Position numbers and translations under genes: made by a program. Positions 19,142 to 28,113 of a stretch of 64,000 nucleotides of DNA are shown here, one piece after another. A model generated the notes under the pieces. It ran no database searches. It was not told the DNA's origin and saw only the letters and a list, made by a program, of their open reading frames with translations. The DNA comes from Dehalococcoidia bacterium (GTDB lineage: Bacteria; Chloroflexota; Dehalococcoidia; Bin125), in NCBI GenBank assembly GCA_963555985.3, contig OY820591.1, positions 1,440,001 to 1,504,000 of the forward strand, given 5' to 3'. Every line of letters starts with the position of its first letter. Position 1 is the stretch's first letter.

Positions 19142-20217
19142 GCGGGAATCATCGTGTTCTCGTCTATGCGGTCGTCGTTGTGTTGTGTCTAGTCGCATTG
19201 GCGCTCTCCGCTCGAGCGATGCTGCGCAGTACGGACACGATCCTGGCCGCCCCGGCCAAGCCGCCCACCATCGAAGCGGTGAGGACGACTGCGGTCGAGA
19301 TTTACAGCGGCGACACATCGGCCCAAATTGCGCGGCGGCTGGTTGAGGCCGGCGCGATCACCTCCGTGCGGCGATTCGAAATTCTCGTACAGCTTCTGGG
19401 CTGGGACCGTCGCCTCGAACCCGGCGTGTACTCATTTGAGCCAGGCCTAACCACGCTTGAGGTCGCCCTGCGGATACACTTCGGCGAGACTTCACCGTGG
19501 CGCGTCACGATCCCGGAAGGGCTCAGGGTCGAGCAGGTGTCGGAATTGCTGATTGGGGCAGAGATCGTGACTGCCGGCGCACTCTCGGCCGCTCTCGCCG
19601 ATCCCGGAAACGCGATCGGAACGTTGGCAGCGGAGCGACCCGCAGGCGTCTCCTTGGAGGGTTATCTCGCTCCGAGTACGTATTCGTTCCCGCTTGGCGT
19701 CAGCGCGGATCAGGCTGTGCGGCTCATGCTTGAGCGCTTCGACGAATCACTGACCGCCGACCTTCGTGGGCGAATTGCATCATCCGGCCGGAGTCTGCAC
19801 GAGATCTTGACGATCGCCTCAATCATTGAGCGTGAGGCTCTGTTTGACGAGGAACGTCCGCTCGTCTCGGCGGTCATCTGGAATCGACTCGCGATCGGAA
19901 TGCCGTTGCAGATGGACTCGACTGTGCAGTACTCGCTTGGCTCCATTCCAGGTGAGGTGGGACGTTTCGGGTATTGGAAGCGATCGTTGACCTTCGATGA
20001 TCTGGAAGTGGTCGCGGAGCATAATACGTACGTGGTGGCAGCGCTTCCGCCAGCACCGATTGCCGGCCCGAGCATCGCTTCGATCCTCGCTGCCGCCGCT
20101 CCCGCAGACGTCCCCTATCTCTACTTCGTCGCACGCGGCGACGGGTCGCATGCCTTCGCAGCGACGTTCGAGGAGCACGAAGCCAATATCGAGCGCTACC
20201 ACGGAGGTGGGGAATGA
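19138..20217 (+). CDS. mltG: Endolytic transglycosylase MltG
   Basis: N-terminal TM, VTIPEG, LEGYL.P.TY, ILTIASIIERE, NRL..GMPLQ.D.TVQY, YLYFVA.GDGSH.FA.T.EEH. Confidence 0.94.
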   Translation: MSGNHRVLVYAVVVVLCLVALALSARAMLRSTDTILAAPAKPPTIEAVRTTAVEIYSGDTSAQIARRLVEAGAITSVRRFEILVQLLGWDRRLEPGVYSFEPGLTTLEVALRIHFGETSPWRVTIPEGLRVEQVSELLIGAEIVTAGALSAALADPGNAIGTLAAERPAGVSLEGYLAPSTYSFPLGVSADQAVRLMLERFDESLTADLRGRIASSGRSLHEILTIASIIEREALFDEERPLVSAVIWNRLAIGMPLQMDSTVQYSLGSIPGEVGRFGYWKRSLTFDDLEVVAEHNTYVVAALPPAPIAGPSIASILAAAAPADVPYLYFVARGDGSHAFAATFEEHEANIERYHGGGE

Positions 20218-21089
20218 GCCTGCGGGTGGGCGTGATCGGACGGCCTGTCGCACACAGCATCTCGCCGCGTTTCCAGCAGGCTGGCTTCGATCAGGCCGGG
20301 ATCAAGGCTCGATACGAAGCGTGGGATCTCGCGCCCGGTGAACTCGAATCGTTCATCGGAAGCTTGCGCGACGAAGATGCGCTCGGCGCGAATGTGACGA
20401 TTCCGTACAAGGAGGCGGCCCTGCGGCACATGGACGGTCTAGATCAGACGGCGCGGTTCGTCGGAGCGATCAATACGATTGTCAACACCGGCGATGCGCT
20501 GCAGGGCTACAACACTGACGTGACCGGTTTTCAACGCTCACTTTCGGAGGCCAAGTTTGAGCCGTCCGGGTGTCACGCGCTCTTGTGGGGTGCGGGCGGT
20601 GCCGCCCGCGCTGTGGCTTGGGCGTTGATCTGGCGCGGCGTCTCGGCACTGACGATCGTGAACCGAACTGCGGTGAGGGCGGGACGCCTCCGGCACGATC
20701 TCGCGTCCGCATCAGCCGGCGTAAGGCTTCGCGCTCTTAGTGCGAGCGATGATGGGGTCGGCGAAGCACTGAGCGCGGCTGACCTCGTTGTGCAATGCAC
20801 GTCGGTTGGACTCGCCGGGAGCGAAACGGCTGGGCAACTGCCTTTCGATCCCGTCGCATTGCGAACCGATGCGTTCGTTGCCGACCTCATCGCAAACCCG
20901 CGCCAGACTCCGCTCATCAAGGCGGTGCAGAAGTCCGGGAGACGTGCGATCGGCGGTTTACCGATGCTCGTGTATCAGGGTGCGGCCGCGTTCGAACTCT
21001 GGACGGGTCGGGCCGCGCCGACGGACACGATGCTCCGCGCTGCAGACGCGGCGATGGCGAAAATGGAAGCGAGGGCGTCCGATGAATGA
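20214..21089 (+). CDS. aroE: Shikimate dehydrogenase
   Basis: IG.PVAHS.SP, GANVTIPYK, GAINT, GYNTD..GF, GAGGAARA, NRT, GL.MLVYQGA.AFELWTG. Confidence 0.96.
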   Translation: MSLRVGVIGRPVAHSISPRFQQAGFDQAGIKARYEAWDLAPGELESFIGSLRDEDALGANVTIPYKEAALRHMDGLDQTARFVGAINTIVNTGDALQGYNTDVTGFQRSLSEAKFEPSGCHALLWGAGGAARAVAWALIWRGVSALTIVNRTAVRAGRLRHDLASASAGVRLRALSASDDGVGEALSAADLVVQCTSVGLAGSETAGQLPFDPVALRTDAFVADLIANPRQTPLIKAVQKSGRRAIGGLPMLVYQGAAAFELWTGRAAPTDTMLRAADAAMAKMEARASDE

Positions 21090-21744
21090 AGGGGTGACGA
21101 TTGCCTTTGCGATCATCGCCGCCGTGTTCGGCGGGATCGGGTTGCTGCTGTTCAAAGAGGCGCGGACGCATCGATTCTGGCGGCAACTGGTCGCGGACAA
21201 CGATCTAGAGGCGATTCGGGGCATCCTTGAGCAGGAGATCGACCATTGGAGGACACAGCGGCCGCCAAAGGAGGTCAGCGCGGCGGTTTGGGCCGGGGTG
21301 CAAAGCATGGACCTCGTGAGCGCATCGGCCGAACATGTTCATATCAGCACGTCCGCTGATCCGGAATTTGGTGTGGCCGACGGCAAGCGCCAACAGACGG
21401 CTTCGTCGCTTGACACGGCATATGCGACCGCACTGAGGCTGGTGGAGATGATTTTCTACGACGTGCCGGACTTTCGCCCCGATCATGTGCGGATCGATGT
21501 GTATACGACGTTCCGAAATGAGGAAGGCGCAGCTGAAGCGCGCCCGATCTTGTGTGTGCAGGCAGACCGAGCAGACGCCTTGAGCCTCGACTGGAACCAG
21601 CCGCCGGGCCGACTTGCCCGAGAATTCGTAACCACGGCGAACCGCGCACCTAATGGAGAACCCAGACCTATTTTGCTTCCCCGCGACGAATTTGTAGAGT
21701 TGGACGAATCGCGTGACGATGCGTCTCCAGCGATACCGCGCTAG
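21082..21744 (+). CDS. Hypothetical protein with N-terminal membrane anchor
   Basis: ATG 21082 overlaps the aroE 3' end; MNEGVTIAFAIIAAVFGGIGLLLF TM segment; fills the gap before aroC. Confidence 0.75.
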   Translation: MNEGVTIAFAIIAAVFGGIGLLLFKEARTHRFWRQLVADNDLEAIRGILEQEIDHWRTQRPPKEVSAAVWAGVQSMDLVSASAEHVHISTSADPEFGVADGKRQQTASSLDTAYATALRLVEMIFYDVPDFRPDHVRIDVYTTFRNEEGAAEARPILCVQADRADALSLDWNQPPGRLAREFVTTANRAPNGEPRPILLPRDEFVELDESRDDASPAIPR

Positions 21745-21788
21745 AGCCGTCGGGAGATATGGTGGCGGCGGCGAGAAAGTAGACGCGA

Positions 21789-22988
21789 ATGGCGAGTCTG
21801 CGTTGGTTTACAGCGGGTGAGTCTCACGGACCCGGACTCACCGTGATCGTAGACGGCGTGCCGGCCGGCCTGCATTTGAGTGAGGATGACATTCGACAGC
21901 AGTTGTCGCGACGGCAAAAGGGCTACGGTCGGGGCGGTCGGATGAAGATCGAACGCGACTACGCCCAGATCCGGGGCGGTGTGCGGCAGGGGAGGACGTT
22001 TGGCAGTCCGATTGCGTTGTGGATTGAGAATCGGGATTTCGACAAGGGTACCGGGCCGGACAAGCGCCTCTGGCGCGAGACGATGGCGCTCGATCCGGTC
22101 GATCCACCACCAACGCGGATCACGCGCGTGCGACCCGGTCACGCAGATCTCTCGGCGTCGCTGAAGTACGGCTACGAGGATGTGCGGGACTCGCTGGAAC
22201 GAGCGAGCGCGCGCGAGAGCGCTGCGCGCGTGGCAGCTGGGGCGGTTGCGCGCCGGCTTTGTGAAGAGCTTGGTTGCGAGTTCAACAGCCATGTCGCGCA
22301 GATAGGAGCCGTGACGCTCGATCCAGCCACAGAAATCGACTGGGCCGAGGTTGAGGCCTCGCCCGTCCGTTGCGTTGACCCATCAGTCGGCCAAAAGATG
22401 ATCGACGCGATCAATGACGCGAAGCGCGAGGGCGACACATTGGGTGGGATCGTGGAGGCGCGCGTAGCCGGAGTCGCATTCGGGCTTGGCTCGCACGTCC
22501 AGTGGGATCGCAAACTCAGCGGCCGGATCGGTCAGGCCCTGCTGTCGATGAACGCATTCAAGGGAGTTGAGATCGGGGACGGGTTCACAGGTGCCGGACT
22601 GACCGGCCGAAATTATCACGACGTGGTACTTCCGCAGGACGCATGGGGCGACCGCCCTTGGCGTCGGCGGACGAATCATGCTGGAGGCATTGAGGGTGGC
22701 ATCTCGAACGGCGAGGATTTGGTCGTCCGAGTCGCGGTCAAGCCAATTGCGACGTTGGCTCATCCGCTGCCTTCCGCCGATCTGGTGACCGGTGAGCGAG
22801 TGGAGGCGCACTACGAGCGCTCAGACGTGTGCGTCGTGCCGGCTGCCGGGGTGATTGTCGAAGCAATGCTCGCTCTCGTGCTTGCCGATGCGCTGTTGGA
22901 GAAGTTCGGCGGCGACGCACTGTCGGAGACGCGGCGCAACATGGACGCCTTTCTGCGGACAGCGATCCCGCGAGGTGAGTGGTCGTGA
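21789..22988 (+). CDS. aroC: Chorismate synthase
   Basis: TAGESHG, RRQ.GYGRGGRM.IE.D, RPGHAD, LERASARE, N.AGGIEGG.SNG, ERSDVC.VPAA. Confidence 0.98.
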   Translation: MASLRWFTAGESHGPGLTVIVDGVPAGLHLSEDDIRQQLSRRQKGYGRGGRMKIERDYAQIRGGVRQGRTFGSPIALWIENRDFDKGTGPDKRLWRETMALDPVDPPPTRITRVRPGHADLSASLKYGYEDVRDSLERASARESAARVAAGAVARRLCEELGCEFNSHVAQIGAVTLDPATEIDWAEVEASPVRCVDPSVGQKMIDAINDAKREGDTLGGIVEARVAGVAFGLGSHVQWDRKLSGRIGQALLSMNAFKGVEIGDGFTGAGLTGRNYHDVVLPQDAWGDRPWRRRTNHAGGIEGGISNGEDLVVRVAVKPIATLAHPLPSADLVTGERVEAHYERSDVCVVPAAGVIVEAMLALVLADALLEKFGGDALSETRRNMDAFLRTAIPRGEWS

Positions 22989-24730
22989 GCGTTCCTGTTG
23001 GTCTGAAGCGCGTCGTGCTGATCGGATTTAGCGCCACCGGCAAGTCGGTGCTCGCGCCGTTCATCGCGGAGCGGCTTGGCTGGAGCGCCGTGGACCTTGA
23101 CGTTGAGATCGAGCGTGCGGCGGAGAGATCGATTCCGCAGATTTTCGAGCAGGAGGGTGAGGCAGGGTTCCGCGCGCGCGAACGCGCCGCTGTTCGGGAA
23201 GCGGCAGCGCGCGACGGACTCGTGATCGCTACGGGGGGTGGCGTGTGGCTCGACGCTGCGAACCGCTCAGCTCTGGCTGAATCCGGATTCGTGGTCACGT
23301 TGGAAGCTCGGGCGGCGACAATTCTGGCTCGCTACGCCGAGACCGAGCAGGGAACGACGGAAGTACGACCGTTGCTCGCAGGAGCGGATCCGCGGCGGCG
23401 GGTGGAGACACTGAAGGCACAGCGGCAACCGTTCTACGCACTGACCGATCTCACCGTCCACACGGACGAAGTCGAGATCGGCGAAGCGGTAGACGAGATC
23501 GTTGATAGCGTTGCGCGCGGCGCTGGACGTGCGCTCGCCTCTGACGCGCGTCTGCGTGAGATGCAGCTAGGCCCCGGCGTCGATCCGCCCCCGGTCAGCG
23601 ATTTTGGGCCGCACGTAGGTTGTGTGGTCGATGCGGGATCAGCTCGATATCCGGTCTATTGCGCCTGGGGTCTGTTGGCAGAGAGCGGCGATATCTTTGA
23701 CCGACTCGGATTGAGCGGACGTGTGTTCCTGATCGCAGATCAAGCGGTGATGGATTCGCATGGTGAATCGGCGCGGGCGTCGCTTGAGCGGTCGGGTCGA
23801 GATGTTGTCCGTTATGCAGTGCCGTCTGGCGAGGCGAGCAAGTCGCTCGAATCGTTGGCTGAGTTGTATGCGTGGATGTCCGATTACCGGGCGGAACGGC
23901 GGGATACGGTCTTGGCTTTAGGCGGCGGAGTGACGACAGACCTTGCCGGGACTGTGGCGGCGACGTATCTGCGCGGGATGCCGATGGTTCACGCACCGAC
24001 GACGGTGCTGGGCATGGTTGACGCCGCGATCGGGGGCAAGGTCGCGATCGACTTGCCGAGCGGCAAGAATCTGGTCGGTGCGTTTTATCAACCGCGTGCA
24101 GTGCTGGCGGACGCCGCGACGCTCGTCACGCTACCCCAGCGCGAGTTACGGTCGGGCTTTGCCGAGGTGATCAAGCACGGGTTCATTCGCGACCCGGAGA
24201 TGCTCGGTCAGCTGGAACGTGATGCGGAAGTGCTACTCGATCCTGCGGCGGCAGAGCATGACGAGCGGCGACGGGAACTGCTGGTGAACACAATCATCCG
24301 AAATCAGGCGATCAAGGCAGCTGTGGTCTCGGCTGACGAGCGTGAGTCGGATCTCAGAGCGATTCTCAACTATGGACACACGCTCGGACATGCGATTGAG
24401 GCGGTGACGGGATACAGCGCCGTGCTGCACGGCGAGGCTGTGGCGATGGGAATGGTGGCAGTTGCGGAGATGGGCTGCGCAATGGGGCTGATCGATGAGG
24501 CTGTCGTGATGCGGCATCGGACGCTGCTCCAGCGCTTTGGCTTGCCGACGCAGAGTCCTGGTGGGCTTGAGCGGTCGGCTCTGCTGGAGGCGATGTCGCG
24601 GGACAAGAAGGTGGTCGGCGGGAGGCAGACTTGGGTGCTGCTTGAGAGCGTTGGCGCGCCGGTCGTGCGCAACGACGTGCCGGCGGAGGTAGTGGCGGAA
24701 GCGATTGACCTGGTGGTTGGCGCGACGTGA
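22979..24730 (+). CDS. aroB: Fused shikimate kinase / 3-dehydroquinate synthase (AroK-AroB)
   Basis: N-terminal LIGFSATGKS, GE.GFR, ATGGG, RPLL. C-terminal GEASKS, ALGGGV..DLAG, PTT.L.MVDAAIGGK, KNLVGAF.QP, LNYGHT.GHAIE, LHGEAV. Confidence 0.95.
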   Translation: MVVSVPVGLKRVVLIGFSATGKSVLAPFIAERLGWSAVDLDVEIERAAERSIPQIFEQEGEAGFRARERAAVREAAARDGLVIATGGGVWLDAANRSALAESGFVVTLEARAATILARYAETEQGTTEVRPLLAGADPRRRVETLKAQRQPFYALTDLTVHTDEVEIGEAVDEIVDSVARGAGRALASDARLREMQLGPGVDPPPVSDFGPHVGCVVDAGSARYPVYCAWGLLAESGDIFDRLGLSGRVFLIADQAVMDSHGESARASLERSGRDVVRYAVPSGEASKSLESLAELYAWMSDYRAERRDTVLALGGGVTTDLAGTVAATYLRGMPMVHAPTTVLGMVDAAIGGKVAIDLPSGKNLVGAFYQPRAVLADAATLVTLPQRELRSGFAEVIKHGFIRDPEMLGQLERDAEVLLDPAAAEHDERRRELLVNTIIRNQAIKAAVVSADERESDLRAILNYGHTLGHAIEAVTGYSAVLHGEAVAMGMVAVAEMGCAMGLIDEAVVMRHRTLLQRFGLPTQSPGGLERSALLEAMSRDKKVVGGRQTWVLLESVGAPVVRNDVPAEVVAEAIDLVVGAT

Positions 24731-25017
24731 CCAGTGGGTTTGTGAGAATGCAGGTACTTGTCCATGGCCGCGTGCAGATGGTCGGGTATCGGATGTTCAC
24801 GGAGCAGGAAGCGACGCGGATCGGGTCGATCAGCGGCACGGTCCGCAATCTGGCTGACGGATTGTCTGTGGAAGTGATCGCAGAAGGAGCGCGCACCGAC
24901 TTGGAGAAGCTCTTGGAGGAACTGCGAGTTGGTCCGCCGCACGCGCTCGTGCGTGAGGTTGAGGTGTCGTGGCACGAGGCGACGGGTGAATGCGACGGAT
25001 TTGCGACGATCCTTTAG
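24727..25017 (+). CDS. acyP: Acylphosphatase
   Basis: V.GRVQ.VGYR, G.VRNL.DG.SVEV.AEG, GPP.A.V. Confidence 0.93.
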   Translation: MTSGFVRMQVLVHGRVQMVGYRMFTEQEATRIGSISGTVRNLADGLSVEVIAEGARTDLEKLLEELRVGPPHALVREVEVSWHEATGECDGFATIL

Positions 25018-26273
25018 CTAGTACCGGTATAGGTCCTTGCTCGCTCGACCTTGATCGGAAACTGATCCATCCCACGCAGGATGGAGTTTGGCTTGTAGCT
25101 GGGCGCGCTGGAGCCAAACTCGATCTGCTCGAAGCGTTCGAGCAGGACTTCAAACGCGATTCGCCCTTCCAGCCGCGCCAGGGGCGAACCGAGGCAGAAG
25201 TGGATGCCGCGGCCGAAGGCGATGTGATTGTTGTGTTCCCGAGTGATGTCGAGTTGATCGGGATCGTCAAACTCGGCCGGGTCACGGTTGGCGGCGGCGA
25301 GGACGAATGCGACGCGGTCACCGACGTGCACGGTGCGGTTACCCAGTTGCATGTCGGCGGCAGCGGTCTTGGGATCCATCTGGACAGGCGGGTCATAGCG
25401 CAGCAGCTCTTCGATCGCGTTGGGCAGAAGTTCTGGTTGACTGCGCAGGAGCTCCAGCTGGTCGGGATTCTCGATCAGTGCCTTGGCACCGTTGCCGATC
25501 AGATTGGTGGTGGTTTCGTTGCCGGCCAGCAGGAGCAGGTTGAGCGTAGAGATCATCTCGTGGCGGCTGAGACGGTCGCCTTCTTCATGAGCTTCGATCA
25601 GGCGGGTTGTGAGGTCGTCGGCGGGCGAGTCTCGGCGCAGCTCAACGTGGCGGTTGAAGTACTCGTAGAGCGCGACAGCGGCGTCGGCGGCGCGCTGCTG
25701 TTGGTCGGGTGTCAGGCCCGGGTTTCCGCCGAGGATGAAGTCGTCGGACCACTGGCGGAATTCTGCGCGCTGCTCGGTGGGTACGCCGATCATTTCGGCG
25801 ATCACGATCGTGGGCAGCATCGAGGCGAGGTTAGCCATCAGGTCGAATTCGTCGGAGTCGGCGACTTCGTCGAGCAGGCCGTGCGCGATTTCACGCACGC
25901 GGTCTTCCATCCTGCTGACCTGGCGCTGCGTGAAGGCGCGCGAGACGAGTCCGCGCAGGCGTGTGTGATCGAGCGGATCACGGTTGAGCATCGAAGCGTC
26001 GGTGAGGTCCGGACCGTCGCGGGCGGGATCACCATCGTCTTCCTGGACATTGGAGAACCGTTCCCAGTCGACGATCATTTCGTTGACGTCGTCGTAGCGA
26101 GAAACGAGCCACATGTTGGTGACTGCGCTGTAGTGGTAAGGATCGCGCTCCAGCAGTTGGCGGTAGGTGGGGTAAGGATTGGCGATCACGTTGATATCGA
26201 GCGGGTTCCAGGCGACGCCGGTTTCGCGCAGTTCTTGCTCAAGCAGGTCGCGCGGAGAGATTTCAGTGGTCAT
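25014..26273 (-). CDS. Cytochrome P450 (paralog 3)
   Basis: DP.DHTRLR.LV..AFT, LLLAGNETT, EELLRYD, FGRGIHFCLG heme motif. Confidence 0.96.
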   Translation of the reverse strand: MTTEISPRDLLEQELRETGVAWNPLDINVIANPYPTYRQLLERDPYHYSAVTNMWLVSRYDDVNEMIVDWERFSNVQEDDGDPARDGPDLTDASMLNRDPLDHTRLRGLVSRAFTQRQVSRMEDRVREIAHGLLDEVADSDEFDLMANLASMLPTIVIAEMIGVPTEQRAEFRQWSDDFILGGNPGLTPDQQQRAADAAVALYEYFNRHVELRRDSPADDLTTRLIEAHEEGDRLSRHEMISTLNLLLLAGNETTTNLIGNGAKALIENPDQLELLRSQPELLPNAIEELLRYDPPVQMDPKTAAADMQLGNRTVHVGDRVAFVLAAANRDPAEFDDPDQLDITREHNNHIAFGRGIHFCLGSPLARLEGRIAFEVLLERFEQIEFGSSAPSYKPNSILRGMDQFPIKVERARTYTGTS

Positions 26274-26404
26274 TGGATCATCCTTTTCTGATCAGTCGCG
26301 GGCAGCCGGCTCCGGCATGGCGCCGGTGAAACTGTGCGGGCTAGGGTGGTCTACGCCGATGTAGCGGGGCGCGAGTAGGCAGCCGGGGCGCTGCTTGGAT
26401 AGGT

Positions 26405-27703
26405 TCATGATGCGGCAGCTGCGGTGACGAGGCTGCGACGATGGACACGGATGGGGAAGTCGTGGAGGCCGCGGAGGACGACATTGGGCTTGTATTGAGG
26501 CAGTTGGGTACCGAACTGGATGTCGTCGAAGCGTTCGAGCAGGACTTCGAAGGCGATCTTGCCTTCGAGCCGGGCAAGCGGCGCGCCGATGCAGTAGTGA
26601 ATGCCGCGGCCGAAGGAGATGTTACCGGTATCTTCGCGGGTGATGTCGAGCGTTTCGGGGTCGTGGAAGACTTCGGGGTCGCGGTTGGCGCTGCCGATGA
26701 TGAGGGTCATGCGGGATCCGGCCGGGAGGGTGCGATTGCCGAGTTGGACGGTTTGCGTGGTGGTGCGGCCGTTGACCTGGACGGGCGCGTCGTAGCGCAG
26801 CAGTTCTTCGAGCGCGTTGTCCAAGAGTTCGGGCTGCTCGCGCAGGAGCTGGAACTGGTCGGGGTGTTGGAGGAGGGCGCGCAGGCCGTTGCCGATCAGG
26901 TTGGTGGTGGTCTCGTTGCCGGCGACGAGGAGCAGGCGCAAGGTGACAACGATCTCCCTGGAAGTGAGGGTGTCACCCTCCTCCCTGGCGTCGATCAAGC
27001 GTTGGATCAGGTCGTCCTGCGGATCGGTTCGGCGCCGCTCAATCGCTTCGGCGAAGTAGGCGTCGAAGATCTCGCCGGTCGCATCGATGCGCTGCGCTTC
27101 ATCGCTGGAGACGTTGGGTTCGAGCACGCGGGCGAATATGTCGGACCAGTCCTTGAATTGTTGACGATCCTCGGTCGGTACACCGATCATTTCGGCGATC
27201 ACGACGGTAGGCAACAAGGCGGCGAGATTGGCCATCAGGTCGAACTCGCCCTGGCCGTCGACTTCGTCGAGCAGGGCGTGGGCAGTGTCGCGGACGTGAG
27301 CTTCCATCTTGGCGATCTGGCGCGGGGTGAAGGCGCGGTTGACGAGGCCGCGCAGGCGGGTGTGATCGGGCGGGTCGAGCGAGAGGAAGCCGGTGACTTC
27401 GCCGCTCGCCGTGGTGTTGCCGCGGGCGCTGGAGTAGGTTTTCCAGTCGCGCAAGACGGCATCGACGTCCTCGTAGCGAGAGACGGCGTAGTTGCCGATC
27501 AGGGGCGAGTAGTGGACCGGGTCAGTCTCGCGGAGCTTGACGTAGTTGGGGTAGGGATTCTGGATGTAGGCGGGATCGAGGGGGTACCAGACGACGCCGG
27601 ATTGCCAGCGCTCCTGCGCGAGTTTGGTTCTGATGTAGAGCGGGCGGATCGCCCGGCGCAGTGTCGTCTGGAGTGGCATGTCCTCAGCCTCCCTGTCGCT
27701 CAT
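26405..27703 (-). CDS. Cytochrome P450 (paralog 2)
   Basis: DPPDHTRLR, LLLVAGNETT, EELLRYD, FGRGIHYCIG. Confidence 0.96.
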   Translation of the reverse strand: MSDREAEDMPLQTTLRRAIRPLYIRTKLAQERWQSGVVWYPLDPAYIQNPYPNYVKLRETDPVHYSPLIGNYAVSRYEDVDAVLRDWKTYSSARGNTTASGEVTGFLSLDPPDHTRLRGLVNRAFTPRQIAKMEAHVRDTAHALLDEVDGQGEFDLMANLAALLPTVVIAEMIGVPTEDRQQFKDWSDIFARVLEPNVSSDEAQRIDATGEIFDAYFAEAIERRRTDPQDDLIQRLIDAREEGDTLTSREIVVTLRLLLVAGNETTTNLIGNGLRALLQHPDQFQLLREQPELLDNALEELLRYDAPVQVNGRTTTQTVQLGNRTLPAGSRMTLIIGSANRDPEVFHDPETLDITREDTGNISFGRGIHYCIGAPLARLEGKIAFEVLLERFDDIQFGTQLPQYKPNVVLRGLHDFPIRVHRRSLVTAAAAS

Positions 27704-27744
27704 GAGCGTCTGTGACCTTGTTCAGGTTAGGGCTTGTTCATATC

Positions 27745-27980
27745 TCCCGGTGGGGCACGGGAACTTTTGAGGGGAATTGGCGAATTTGCTGTTGTGAGCT
27801 GAGAGTTCGTTTGTGAGGTGATCAGATTTGGTCAGGTTTGGTCAGATCTCGCTCGATTTGCGGGGTGTTTTTGCGCGGTTTGCGTGGGTTGGTCAGGGGT
27901 GTTTGGGTTGTCGGCGTGGGGGTCATGTCGGTCTCGCTGGCTGGTCATTAGGGATCATTAGATCGAATAAGAGTGCTGCC
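27745..27980 (-). repeat. Copy B of dispersed C/A-rich intergenic element
   Basis: Minus strand contains AAATCGAGC, ATCTGACCAAACCTGACCAAATCTGATC (10-bp period) and GCTCACAACAGCAAATTCGC, matching GCTCACAACGACAAATTCGC in copy C. Confidence 0.65.
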
Positions 27981-28033
27981 TCGTTGATGTGGTGAGCGAG
28001 TGTGTTCGGGTGAACAGTCGGCGTCAACGCGGG

Positions 28034-28068
28034 GAGATTCCCGTGACAAGCGGGGGAATGACGGAGTG
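28034..28068 (-). repeat. REP-like palindrome (GTCATTCC...GGAATCTC family)
   Basis: Minus strand ACTCCGTCATTCCCCCGCTTGTCACGGGAATCTC, similar to 61616-61643 and 61694-61776. Confidence 0.65.
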
Positions 28069-28081
28069 GGGATTGAGGCGT

Positions 28082-28102
28082 GCTCCCGCGTGAAGCGGGA
28101 GC
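28082..28102 (-). terminator. GC-rich hairpin just downstream of P450 paralog 1
   Basis: GCTCCCGC-GTGAA-GCGGGAGC; no U tract. Confidence 0.4.
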
Positions 28103-28113
28103 TGTGAGCGGGA

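Noticed and set aside
22979-24730. AroK-AroB fusion as a novelty
   Set aside because: This fusion is already known in several bacterial lineages.
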